Source: an uncultured Alphaproteobacteria bacterium
GTDB taxonomy: Bacteria > Electryoneota > RPQS01
Direction: 5' to 3'
Length of the DNA: 42,639 nt
NCBI GenBank assembly: GCA_964529255.1
Contig: CAZGVT010000003.1
Location: 1 to 42,639, forward strand
Position 1 is the stretch's first letter. Every line of letters begins with the position of its first letter. Below are positions 16,339 to 25,311 of this stretch, in pieces. The notes beneath the pieces are model-generated. The model was given only the letters and a program-made list of their open reading frames with translations. It searched no databases and was not told the origin of the DNA. Made by a program: the position numbers and the translations under genes.

Positions 16339-17532
16339 TTGTTCTGGAAGGAACTTCGTAACCTTTTGCAAACGATAGCTTTACCAGTTGTGACGGAACC
16401 ATCGCGTGAGGATCGCTCGGAATCGGGTATCGGGAAACGCAACAAGCGAGTTCGCGAGATCCGAATCGGGGCTGTGACCATCGGCGGCAATCACCCCGTG
16501 GCGGTTCAGTCCATGACGCTGACCGATACGCGGGATGCGCGCGCGACGTTGAACCAAATTCGGCAATTGGAAGAGGCAGGCTGCGAGATTATTCGCGTGG
16601 CCGTCCCGGACGACGAGGCTGCTGCTGCCTTGCCGCTGATCAAGCGGGAGATGAATGTGCCGCTCGTCGCCGACATTCACTTTCACTACAAGCTCGCGCT
16701 GAAGGCCATCGACGCCGGCGTGGACAAGATTCGCATCAACCCGGGAAATCTTGGCGGCGAGGGTCGCGCGAAGGTCGTGACCAAGGCGGCGCGGGAGGCG
16801 GGGATTGCGATGCGAGTGGGAGTGAACTCCGGCTCGCTTGAAAAGGACCTGATCGACAAGTATTGCGGCCCGACTCCGCAAGGCATGGTGGAATCCGCGC
16901 TTCGGCACATCGCATTCCTTGAAGATGAGGGTTTTTTTGATATTGTTTTGTCTCTGAAAGCCTCTAATGTGCCGCGCATGGTCGAGGCATATACGCTGAT
17001 GCGCGAACAAACCGACTATCCGCTGCATCTCGGAGTCACCGAGGCAGGGCCGCCGTCGACCGGGATTATCAAGTCCGCGATGGGAATCGGTTATTTGCTC
17101 GCCAACGGCATCGGCGAGACCCTGCGCGTCTCTTTGACCGCGGATCCCGTGGAAGAAGTTCGCGTGGGTTGGGAGATATTGAAATCCCTCGGACTCCGAA
17201 CACGCGGACCGAATCTCGTCGCTTGTCCGTCATGTGGAAGATGTGAAGTGGACTTGATTGATCTGACCACGCGAGTCGAGAAAGCGATTGCCGGACTGGA
17301 AAAGCCGCTGCACATCGCCGTTATGGGTTGCGTCGTGAACGGTCCCGGCGAAGCGCGTGAAGCGGATCTGGCTGTCGTCGGCGGTAAAAATAAAGGCATG
17401 ATCATGAAGGACGGCAAGATCATCGCCACGCTGAAGGAGGACGAGCTGATCCCGCGCCTGCTCGAAGAGGCGGACAAATACGATGTGAGCGGACGAGCGG
17501 ATGGCAGGCCGATGCTGGTGGCGGGGGCGTGA
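16339..17532 (+). CDS. ispG: 4-hydroxy-3-methylbut-2-en-1-yl diphosphate synthase (IspG/GcpE)
   Basis: RIGAVTIGGNHPVAVQSMT, PLVADIHFHY, RINPGNLG and C-terminal Fe-S ligand region CPSCGRC..GCVVNGPGE. The start is uncertain: TTG 16339 has no SD, and GTG 16390 is an alternative. Confidence 0.93.
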   Translation: MFWKELRNLLQTIALPVVTEPSREDRSESGIGKRNKRVREIRIGAVTIGGNHPVAVQSMTLTDTRDARATLNQIRQLEEAGCEIIRVAVPDDEAAAALPLIKREMNVPLVADIHFHYKLALKAIDAGVDKIRINPGNLGGEGRAKVVTKAAREAGIAMRVGVNSGSLEKDLIDKYCGPTPQGMVESALRHIAFLEDEGFFDIVLSLKASNVPRMVEAYTLMREQTDYPLHLGVTEAGPPSTGIIKSAMGIGYLLANGIGETLRVSLTADPVEEVRVGWEILKSLGLRTRGPNLVACPSCGRCEVDLIDLTTRVEKAIAGLEKPLHIAVMGCVVNGPGEAREADLAVVGGKNKGMIMKDGKIIATLKEDELIPRLLEEADKYDVSGRADGRPMLVAGA

Positions 17533-17554
17533 AATTGAACAATGAGGACGAGAG

Positions 17555-17833
17555 ATGCTGACTTCAAAGGCGGCCGCTGAGAGTGCCTTGAAGTACGTCA
17601 GCGATGTTTTCTCGCAAGATGTTGATGCGGGAAGAATCGTCAACGTCTTGATAGAGGAGATTGACCGTGACGAGAATGGCGACTGGCTCATTACGCTGGG
17701 ATGGGACCAGCGGCCCAACTATGCCTTTGGAACTGGTTTCCCGGTCTTGCCGGTACGACGGGTCTACAAACAATTCCGCATCTCTGCAACCAGTGGCGAA
17801 GTGGTCTGGATGAAAATTCGCAACGCCAATTAA
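17555..17833 (+). CDS. Hypothetical 92-aa protein; candidate non-canonical antitoxin of the downstream PIN protein
   Basis: ATG follows GAGGACGAGAG. The stop TAA lies 1 nt before the PIN gene ATG. I recognise no DNA-binding motif; the pattern is one helix followed by beta strands. Confidence 0.5.
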   Translation: MLTSKAAAESALKYVSDVFSQDVDAGRIVNVLIEEIDRDENGDWLITLGWDQRPNYAFGTGFPVLPVRRVYKQFRISATSGEVVWMKIRNAN

Positions 17834-17834
17834 G

Positions 17835-18308
17835 ATGAGGCCGGTGGCATCCGTCGTTCTGGATTCAAACCTATTCCTGTTGTACTGTGTCGGATGCTGG
17901 CGACCGGAACAGATTGCGATATTCAAGCGGACGTCAAGATACGAGGAGAAGGACTTTGATCTCTTGCAGAGATACCTCGTGCAGTTCCAAAGTTTGACTA
18001 TCACACCCAATACTGTCACTGAAGTCAGCAATCTATTGGGGCAACTCCATAATGATCATAGGGAAGAGATATTCGGCACACTCAAAGGTCTGATTTCGCA
18101 AAGTACCGAGCAATACGTCCCGAGCAGCGAGGCGTCCGATTCACCATGCTATCAGCGCTTTGGAATAACAGATGCAACACTCGAGCAACTGGCTCGCAGG
18201 GGACACGTTGTGCTTTCCGATGATTTCGCATTGACTGGCACACTTGTTAAGGCCGGGCTTCATGCGCTCAACTTCACGCAACTTCGCGTCCAGAACTGGG
18301 ATTCGTGA
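17835..18308 (+). CDS. PIN-domain nuclease (VapC-like toxin candidate)
   Basis: Four acidic PIN positions appear in canonical contexts: VVLDSNLF, NTVTEVSNLL, GITDATLEQLA and VVLSDDFAL. The protein is 157 aa and coupled to the upstream small ORF. Confidence 0.7.
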   Translation: MRPVASVVLDSNLFLLYCVGCWRPEQIAIFKRTSRYEEKDFDLLQRYLVQFQSLTITPNTVTEVSNLLGQLHNDHREEIFGTLKGLISQSTEQYVPSSEASDSPCYQRFGITDATLEQLARRGHVVLSDDFALTGTLVKAGLHALNFTQLRVQNWDS

Positions 18309-18320
18309 CCATCGTTTCTC

Positions 18321-18686
18321 ATGCCCTCCCCCAAAATCCCCATCACCGCCACCTTCGCTCGGATTCACGAGATCGAGCATCCGCACATCGTGGCGGAGGT
18401 GAACGATTTTCAGGTGAAGTTCACCAAGCTGAAGGGAGAGTTTGTCTGGCATCATCACGAGCAGGAGGATGAACTTTTTCTCGTGGTGAAGGGAAGCTTG
18501 AAGATGCAGTTTCGCGACGGGGACGTGATGGTGAACGAAGGCGAGATGATCGTTGTGCCGCACGGGGTCGAACACTGCCCCGTGGCGGAAGAAGAAACTC
18601 ATATTATCTTATTCGAGCGAAACTCGACGATTAACACCGGCAATGTCCGGAACGAGCGCACGCTCGAAACACTTGACCGAATCTGA
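18321..18686 (+). CDS. Cupin-domain protein
   Basis: Two-motif cupin signature: FVWHHHEQEDELFLVVKG and MIVVPHGVEHCP. Confidence 0.8.
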   Translation: MPSPKIPITATFARIHEIEHPHIVAEVNDFQVKFTKLKGEFVWHHHEQEDELFLVVKGSLKMQFRDGDVMVNEGEMIVVPHGVEHCPVAEEETHIILFERNSTINTGNVRNERTLETLDRI

Positions 18687-18712
18687 ATTTCGGCGGAAAG
18701 AGAATTCATAAG

Positions 18713-19267
18713 ATGCCCAGAGATTATCCAAAGCCCTCTCGTTCGACCGGCCCCAGACCCGGCGGATTCGCAAAGAAGAAACCGTGGGAACGCCGTGAAC
18801 GGCCCGAGGGCGGAGACCGACCGTATCGGAAATCGTTCGGCGAGAAGCGCACATTTGGCGCGCCGCGACGCGAGTTTGACGGACCGAAGCGCGATTTCGG
18901 CGACAAGAAGGACTTCCGATCCCCTCGCTATGACGAGGAACAGTTTACCGCCATTGGAAAAGTTGCCGATATCGTCGGCGTGGAACCACAGAGCAAATTC
19001 GATATGCTGAAAAAGCTCTGGGATTTCTTCCGCGACGAAAATATCATTGTTGCCGCAAAAGCGCGCCGCACCAGACCCGACGCGGGAGATTGGCGCGGCG
19101 AGTCGGACGGCGAGGAGCGACCGCGGGAACGCAGCTATTCAGACGACCGTCCGGCGAAGAAGACGTATCGCAAGCCAGCGGGTAATCATCCCACAGCATT
19201 GCGGGCAAAGAAGCTGGAAGGCGTAATCCGCAAAAAACTGGGGGATCGCAGAGTTCGCGACGAATAG
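18713..19267 (+). CDS. Highly basic, low-complexity protein with a central SWIB/MDM2-like segment
   Basis: Central IGKVADIVGVEPQSKFDMLKKLWDFFRDENII fits the SWIB pattern (LA.IvG....sR.e..KklW.YIk.n.L). It is flanked by Arg/Lys/Asp/Gly-rich tails with repeated (R/K)xFG / (R/K)DF motifs. Confidence 0.5.
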   Translation: MPRDYPKPSRSTGPRPGGFAKKKPWERRERPEGGDRPYRKSFGEKRTFGAPRREFDGPKRDFGDKKDFRSPRYDEEQFTAIGKVADIVGVEPQSKFDMLKKLWDFFRDENIIVAAKARRTRPDAGDWRGESDGEERPRERSYSDDRPAKKTYRKPAGNHPTALRAKKLEGVIRKKLGDRRVRDE

Positions 19268-19391
19268 TCAACGAACTACCTGCAATTCGCGTCGTCGCAT
19301 CAGTCTCGCCAAGAACTTCACGGACAAGTGCACGGATGTGTCTCGTCCGGCCTAGACAATCAACACCCGCTGATCGAAAACTGGAGAACGG

Positions 19392-19679
19392 ATGACCGTC
19401 AACATGACGACGATTGAAAACTACCGTCCTGAACCCTTCACGACGGACGACGAGAAAGTACAATTCGAGCTGCTCGAAAAACTCGTCACCTCGCTGCGGC
19501 CGATTCTTCTCGAAGAAGGCGGCGACGCACAGCCTGTTTCCGTGCGGGACGGAGTCGCGCGAGTCGCCTTCGGCGGCGGTTGCGAAGGGTGCGGCGGTGC
19601 GCTCGAGAACATGGAAGGCGGTCTCCGCCTAATGATCCTTGAAAGAGTCCCGGGTCTGAAGGAAGTTATCTTTGAATAA
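19392..19679 (+). CDS. NifU/Nfu-type Fe-S cluster scaffold/carrier domain protein
   Basis: LRPILLEEGGD..V..GVA.V.F.GGCEGCG (CxxC) is typical of the Nfu C-terminal domain. The protein is 95 aa. Confidence 0.85.
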   Translation: MTVNMTTIENYRPEPFTTDDEKVQFELLEKLVTSLRPILLEEGGDAQPVSVRDGVARVAFGGGCEGCGGALENMEGGLRLMILERVPGLKEVIFE

Positions 19680-19779
19680 AGGACCGGATTCGCAAGCGGA
19701 ATCGTCCCACCTCAAGGGGCGAGGGGCTGACCGCGTAGCTGCTGCAGCCGCAAAGGTCGGAGGAAACGGCAAGATCGTC

Positions 19780-20640
19780 ATGCCGGAGACGGAACAGCTC
19801 ACGGGTTTCACGCTGGTAGTCGAGAAGGTGTGGCTGTTCTTTTCCTCGGTGAAGTTGACGATTGTCCTGCTGATTCTACTCGCGGCGGCGATGTCCTACG
19901 GGACCTATATCGAGACCGTGATGTCCAACGGCGCGGCGCGGATCGTGATTTATCGCTCATGGTGGTTTGATTCGCTCATCGTCCTGCTGGCGATGAATCT
20001 GATCGGCTGCACCCTGCGCCGCGCGCCGTACAAACCGCATCAGGCATTCTGGCTCTCCACGCATGTTGCGCTGCTGATCATCATGGCGGGATCCATCGTC
20101 ACTCACCGCTTTGGTGTTCAGGGCCAGATGATGGTACCCGAAGGCGGTGTGGAGAGTGTGTATCACGAGGAGACGCTGGATCGCGAAAACCTGAACATGG
20201 TGCTCGGCAACCAGCGACGGCTGCCGTTCGATGTGCACTGCGATGACTTCGCGCAAATCCTCTATCCCGGCTCGGCGCAAACGCGCATCTTCCGTTCCAA
20301 AGTCTGGGTCGTGAAAGAAGACGGTGACACCGTGCGCTGGGATGTTACACTCAATCATCCGCTCGTTCACGAGGGTTTCAAAATCAGTCAGGCCTCGTGG
20401 GTGGATCTACCCGATGGCAGTCAAGCGACCATTCTCGGTGTGTCCTACGACCCGGGAATCCCCTTGATGTATGTTGGCGGCACGCTTCTCGTCCTGAGCA
20501 TGGCGGGCATTTTCTTTGTCAAGCCGTGGCTGAAGCGCAAATTCCCACCGAAGCCCGTGCAACGACACGTCAGGCTTCCGGAGGAGACGGAAATGACCCT
20601 GGAAACGAGCCCGGCAGCAATGCAGGCTTCCAAAACTTGA
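19780..20640 (+). CDS. ccsB: Cytochrome c biogenesis protein, ResB/CcsB family (compact form)
   Basis: FFSSVKLTIVLLILLAAAMSYGTYIE N-terminal TM, a TM with conserved His (WLSTHVALLIIMAG), a short periplasmic domain and a final TM. It sits directly upstream of ccsA. ATG 19780 is preferred; TTG 19672 would overlap the Nfu gene. Confidence 0.8.
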   Translation: MPETEQLTGFTLVVEKVWLFFSSVKLTIVLLILLAAAMSYGTYIETVMSNGAARIVIYRSWWFDSLIVLLAMNLIGCTLRRAPYKPHQAFWLSTHVALLIIMAGSIVTHRFGVQGQMMVPEGGVESVYHEETLDRENLNMVLGNQRRLPFDVHCDDFAQILYPGSAQTRIFRSKVWVVKEDGDTVRWDVTLNHPLVHEGFKISQASWVDLPDGSQATILGVSYDPGIPLMYVGGTLLVLSMAGIFFVKPWLKRKFPPKPVQRHVRLPEETEMTLETSPAAMQASKT

Positions 20641-20644
20641 AGGA

Positions 20645-22405
20645 ATGCGCATGAGGAGGCGTCTTTTGACCTCGCTGGTGTTGGCGCTGATGATGAGTAC
20701 GGCGATCATCCCTCCGTCCATCGCCTCGCCGGACAACGAATTTGACTGGGATCTTGCCGGACTCATCGCCGTACAACACGGCGGTCGAGTCAAGCCGCTT
20801 TCCACTTTTGCCCGCGATCTCGTCGCGCAGGTCCACGGTCACTCAAGTTACAAAAGCCAACACCCGCTGGAAACTTATTTCCATTGGATGTCCGACGGCG
20901 AGAAATGGTCAGAGGAGAAGCTGTTCTACCTTACCAAAGGACCGCTCCGTTCAGAAATGGAGCTGCCCAATGATGCGGGAAACTACTTCCGGATGTCCGA
21001 GTTGCAGGTAAACTCCGGCCTGATGCGGCTTGCGCGCGAAGGAGCGGCGGCCGATGAGAAGGGAGACAAGCCAAGTTTCACGCAGACAAAGGCCAATGAA
21101 CTGCTGGGCCGAATGCAGGCACTCTCGACGGTGTTCAGTCATCAATCCCCGAGGATGGTGCCACAACCCGGCGGCGATCCGCAGGCGGAGTGGATGACTT
21201 TGCCGGCGTTACTTTCCAGGTACGATGAAGGCACTCTGATTCCGGAAGACGGCCAAAAGGTTGACGATCCCTATCGCGCAATGGCCATTGCCTTTTCGGG
21301 TATGTACATGTCCGTGCGCGACAACCGGCCGGACATGTTTAACACATCGCTGGATGTGTTCCTTGAGAATCAAGCACTGATCCTCGCCGAGCAACCCACG
21401 GTGCTTTCAAAACTGCATTGGGAAGAAGTCTACCTCTGGTTGCAGCCGTACACGGTGGCGAAGTGGTTGCTCGTCGTCGCGCTCTTTGCACTGGGTTTGA
21501 GTTTGTGGCGGCGTTTGACCGTAGTGGAGTATGCCGGACTCTCCGCGCTGGTGGGCGCTCTCGTGTTCTATACCGGCGGCCTTGCGTTACGCGCATACAT
21601 CAGCGGACGCGCCCCGTGGTCGAATATGTACGAGTCGCTGCTGGCGATCGGCTGGTCGCTGCTCATCGTGGCCGTAGTCTACGAGTTGATTCGCCGCGAC
21701 CGCGTGATGGCGATGGTCGGATCGGCACTGGGGATTTTCATTATCGGAATTGCGCAATATGCCAGCCTGGATCGTGGCATCAATCCGCTGGTCCCCGCAT
21801 TGCAGAGCTACTGGCTGAACTATCACGTCATCATCACCCTCGCCAGTTACGCCTGCTTCGCAATTGCGATGGGCGTCGGCCACACCGTTCTGGTATCCGG
21901 CATTCGCAGCAAAGGTGCGATGACTCCTTCGCTGGCCGGGTTGGCAAAGGCGAATCTGAAAATTGTTCAGGTGGGAAGCCTGCTGATTATCACCGGCATC
22001 CTGCTCGGCGCCGTTTGGGCGAATGTGAGCTGGGGAAGATTCTGGGGTTGGGATCCCAAAGAGACTTGGGCACTCATTACGTGGTTCGTTTACATCATAC
22101 TCCTGCACGGCAGAAGCGCAGGCTGGCTCGGCTGGAGGGGATTCGCGGCCTGCTCCGTGGGCGCATTTCCGATCGTGATCATGACCTATTACGGAGTTAA
22201 TTTTTATCTGTCCGGATTGCACAGCTATGGAGCCGGGTCGGCGCCGGGTGTGCCGTGGCAGATGTTCGCCTACGTCGCCGCAGAAGGCGGATTCCTGTTC
22301 TGGGCTTTGTCACGGCTGAAAGGCACGCTCCCGACTCGACCGAAAAGTGGACAGGGAGCCGCTCAGAGCGTACCGTCACGAGTTCAAACTTCGGAGGTTG
22401 CATAA
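20645..22405 (+). CDS. ccsA: Cytochrome c-type biogenesis protein CcsA/ResC with a long N-terminal periplasmic extension
   Basis: The heme-handling WWD motif WGRFWGWDPKETWALITW is present, with multiple TM helices. Signal peptide MRMRRRLLTSLVLALMMSTAIIPPSIASP is followed by ~250 aa of soluble sequence. Confidence 0.9.
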   Translation: MRMRRRLLTSLVLALMMSTAIIPPSIASPDNEFDWDLAGLIAVQHGGRVKPLSTFARDLVAQVHGHSSYKSQHPLETYFHWMSDGEKWSEEKLFYLTKGPLRSEMELPNDAGNYFRMSELQVNSGLMRLAREGAAADEKGDKPSFTQTKANELLGRMQALSTVFSHQSPRMVPQPGGDPQAEWMTLPALLSRYDEGTLIPEDGQKVDDPYRAMAIAFSGMYMSVRDNRPDMFNTSLDVFLENQALILAEQPTVLSKLHWEEVYLWLQPYTVAKWLLVVALFALGLSLWRRLTVVEYAGLSALVGALVFYTGGLALRAYISGRAPWSNMYESLLAIGWSLLIVAVVYELIRRDRVMAMVGSALGIFIIGIAQYASLDRGINPLVPALQSYWLNYHVIITLASYACFAIAMGVGHTVLVSGIRSKGAMTPSLAGLAKANLKIVQVGSLLIITGILLGAVWANVSWGRFWGWDPKETWALITWFVYIILLHGRSAGWLGWRGFAACSVGAFPIVIMTYYGVNFYLSGLHSYGAGSAPGVPWQMFAYVAAEGGFLFWALSRLKGTLPTRPKSGQGAAQSVPSRVQTSEVA

Positions 22406-24397
22406 TTGCAAAAACCCCGGGTGGAGACCAGCCTGTCGCCCGTGATTACGCGGGTGGAAAGTCCGGCTGATCTGAAGAAACTAACCCTGGACGAGCTCGA
22501 GCAACTCTGTGTCGAATTGCGAGCGGAGCTCTGGGAGACGATTAATACGGTCGGCGGACACCTTGCCGCTTCGATGGGAGTTGTTGAACTCACCGTCGCC
22601 TTGCATCACACTTATGATGCGCCGCGAGACAAGATTGTTTGGGATGTAGGCCATCAAGGCTACATCCACAAGATGCTCACCGGGCGCCGCAGGGAGCTGC
22701 GCAGCATTCGCCAACTGAAAGGACTGTCAGGATTCCTGCGACGCGACGAAAGTGAATTCGATTGCTTTGGCGCCGGACACGCGTCCACTGCAATCAGCGC
22801 TGCCTACGGCATGGCGGCGGCGCGGGACTTGAAAGGCGAAGACTACAAGGTTGTGGCCGTCGTCGGCGACGGCGGGCTCACCGGCGGACTCGCGTTTGAA
22901 GCGCTGAATAATGCCGGACCGTCGGGACGAGATTTCACCGTCATCTTGAATGACAACGGCATGTCCATCTCGCGAAACGTCGGCGCCGTTCCAAAATTTC
23001 TCGCGCGCATGGAATCCAATCCAAAGCTCTCGCGAGTCAAAGACGAAGTCTGGCGACTGCTTGGCGAATCACCCGTGGGCGCGCGCACTCTGCAACGTCT
23101 TGCCGGCCGCATGGAAGCCTCCCTCAAGACCTTTATATCGCCCGGCATGTTGTTCGAAGATCTCGGCTTTCAGTATTTCGGACCGTTCGACGGTCACAAC
23201 TTGCGCGAAATCGTCGAGATTCTGCAAAACGTGAAGGCCGCGCACAAGCATCCGGTCATCATTCACGTCATCACGCAAAAGGGGAAAGGCCAGGAGTGCG
23301 CCGAAGCCGATCCGATCACGTGGCACGCGGTGAAGGGCATTCCGGCGAAAGTCGAACCCAAACTCGAGTCCGTCCCGCTGCCGGCGACGATGGCCTATAT
23401 GGACATTTTCGGCGAGCAGATGATTCGCGAGACCGCCCGAGATCGAAAGATCATCGCGATCACCGCCGCAATGAAAGAAGGCACCGGACTCGTTAAGTAC
23501 GCGACGACTCACCCGAACGAGTTTTTCGACGTAGGCATCGCCGAGGGACACGCGGTGACCTTTGCGGCGGGCATGGCGACCGAAGGGTTGCGCCCGGTGG
23601 TGGCGATCTACTCCACATTTTTGCAGCGGGCCTTCGACCACATCGTCCATGACTGCGCCTTGCAGAAATTACCGGTGGTGTTTTGTCTGGATCGCGGAGG
23701 ACTTGTCGGGGAAGACGGCCCAACGCATCACGGCTGCCTTGATCTTGCCTATCTTTCGTGCGTGCAGGGAATGATTGTCGCCGCGCCGCGTTCCGGAAGC
23801 GAATTCCGAAATCTGATGCGCACGGCCCTCATGCAAGACTTGGCGCCGTTTTCGATTCGCTATCCCCGCGACAAAGCACCGGATGTGATCGATTGGGACA
23901 CCGAACCCGAACCGATTCCCATCGGAAGCTGGGAAGTGATCCGCGAAGGCAGAAAAGTTCTCGTCCTGGCCATCGGCACCATGGTGGAAGCTTCGAGGCG
24001 AGTCATTGCCAGCGAAGAGCTGAACGTGACGCTGGTGAATTGCCGCTTCCTGAAACCGTTCGACGAGAAGTTGCTTGCCGAACTGCTGACAAGACACGAA
24101 AGTGTGATCACCATTGAAGAGGGTGCGGGCTGGGGCGGATTCGGTGCGTTGACTTCGAAGTATATGCTCGCCCATGGCCATCATCACAATTTTGCCTCGC
24201 TTCATCTTCCGGATGAGTTCATCGAGCACGGGAAGCGCGATCAGTTGCTTGCCATCGCCGGACTTTCGGATGCCCACATTTCCGAGGCGATCATTGGGAT
24301 GCTGAAAGGCAATCGCGCGCAATCCGAGCCTACTTTTTCGGTTGGTCAATCAATTCGGCGACTCGGTGACGATCATCAGGAGAATGCGGATTCATGA
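22406..24397 (+). CDS. dxs: 1-deoxy-D-xylulose-5-phosphate synthase
   Basis: GGHLAASMGVVELTVALH, WDVGHQGY, ThDP motif VVGDGGLTGGLAFEALNNAG and IAEGHAVTFAAGMA. TTG 22406 lies 8 nt after GGAGG. The stop overlaps the ispH ATG. Confidence 0.95.
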   Translation: MQKPRVETSLSPVITRVESPADLKKLTLDELEQLCVELRAELWETINTVGGHLAASMGVVELTVALHHTYDAPRDKIVWDVGHQGYIHKMLTGRRRELRSIRQLKGLSGFLRRDESEFDCFGAGHASTAISAAYGMAAARDLKGEDYKVVAVVGDGGLTGGLAFEALNNAGPSGRDFTVILNDNGMSISRNVGAVPKFLARMESNPKLSRVKDEVWRLLGESPVGARTLQRLAGRMEASLKTFISPGMLFEDLGFQYFGPFDGHNLREIVEILQNVKAAHKHPVIIHVITQKGKGQECAEADPITWHAVKGIPAKVEPKLESVPLPATMAYMDIFGEQMIRETARDRKIIAITAAMKEGTGLVKYATTHPNEFFDVGIAEGHAVTFAAGMATEGLRPVVAIYSTFLQRAFDHIVHDCALQKLPVVFCLDRGGLVGEDGPTHHGCLDLAYLSCVQGMIVAAPRSGSEFRNLMRTALMQDLAPFSIRYPRDKAPDVIDWDTEPEPIPIGSWEVIREGRKVLVLAIGTMVEASRRVIASEELNVTLVNCRFLKPFDEKLLAELLTRHESVITIEEGAGWGGFGALTSKYMLAHGHHHNFASLHLPDEFIEHGKRDQLLAIAGLSDAHISEAIIGMLKGNRAQSEPTFSVGQSIRRLGDDHQENADS

Positions 24398-25269
24398 AAG
24401 TGCTGATTGATCCGCGCGCGGGATTTTGCGGCGGTGTGCGGAGAGTCGTCAAGATGGCGGAAAAGGAACTTTCCAGCACTGGAGAGCAGCTCATCAGTCT
24501 CGGCGACATTATTCACAACGAAGTGGAGATCGCCCGGCTCAAGGAGCTGGGGCTAAGCAGCGCTAATCACGAGATTCTCGGCAACGGCGCCGCGCCTTCC
24601 AAGTTGCTGATTCGCGCGCACGGTGAGCCGCCGGAAACCTATGAAAAAGCCAAGGCGCTGAGCGTTGAAATCGTTGACGGCACCTGCCCGGTCGTGACGC
24701 GCTCGCAGAACATTGCCCGCACGCATTACTTGAACGGCGATCAAGTGGTCATCATCGGCAAACCTTATCACCCGGAAACGATTGGCATCGTCGGCCACTG
24801 CGACAATCAGGCGCTTGTGGTTTACGACCGCGAAGACGTGCAACGGCTGGATGCGGCACGCAAGACCTTTGTGCTCTGTCAGACAACCATTTCACGAGAA
24901 TGGTTCGAGGAGCGCATCGCATGGATCAAGGAATTCTGTTCCGAGGTCGAAGTGCAGGTGGAGAACACGCTCTGCCGATTCGTCGTGGGACGGGACAACG
25001 ATCTCATGAAATTCGCCCGCGAAGTCGACGTGGTCGTCATGGTCGGTGGCACGAAGAGTTCAAATACCAAAGTTCTGTTTGGGGTTTGTAAGGAAGTGAA
25101 TCCGCGCTCGCACAGCGTCGTCACTGCCGAAGAAATCGACTTCGAGTGGTTTCGTTCCGATGATGTCGTCGGTGTGACCGGGTCGGCCTCGACTCCGCAC
25201 TGGCTGCTGGAGGACGTGCGCAATTACATTGCCGAGAAATCGAGAGCTGAAGTGATTGAGAAGGCGTAG
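24394..25269 (+). CDS. ispH: 4-hydroxy-3-methylbut-2-enyl diphosphate reductase (IspH/LytB)
   Basis: MKVLIDPRAGFCGGVRRV, DGTCPVV and ENTLC supply the three cluster Cys. The length of 291 aa fits the family. Confidence 0.95.
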   Translation: MKVLIDPRAGFCGGVRRVVKMAEKELSSTGEQLISLGDIIHNEVEIARLKELGLSSANHEILGNGAAPSKLLIRAHGEPPETYEKAKALSVEIVDGTCPVVTRSQNIARTHYLNGDQVVIIGKPYHPETIGIVGHCDNQALVVYDREDVQRLDAARKTFVLCQTTISREWFEERIAWIKEFCSEVEVQVENTLCRFVVGRDNDLMKFAREVDVVVMVGGTKSSNTKVLFGVCKEVNPRSHSVVTAEEIDFEWFRSDDVVGVTGSASTPHWLLEDVRNYIAEKSRAEVIEKA

Positions 25270-25311
25270 GATTCTACGCGATCCGGCCGCGCGAGATGAG
25301 AAGGAGTGGCG

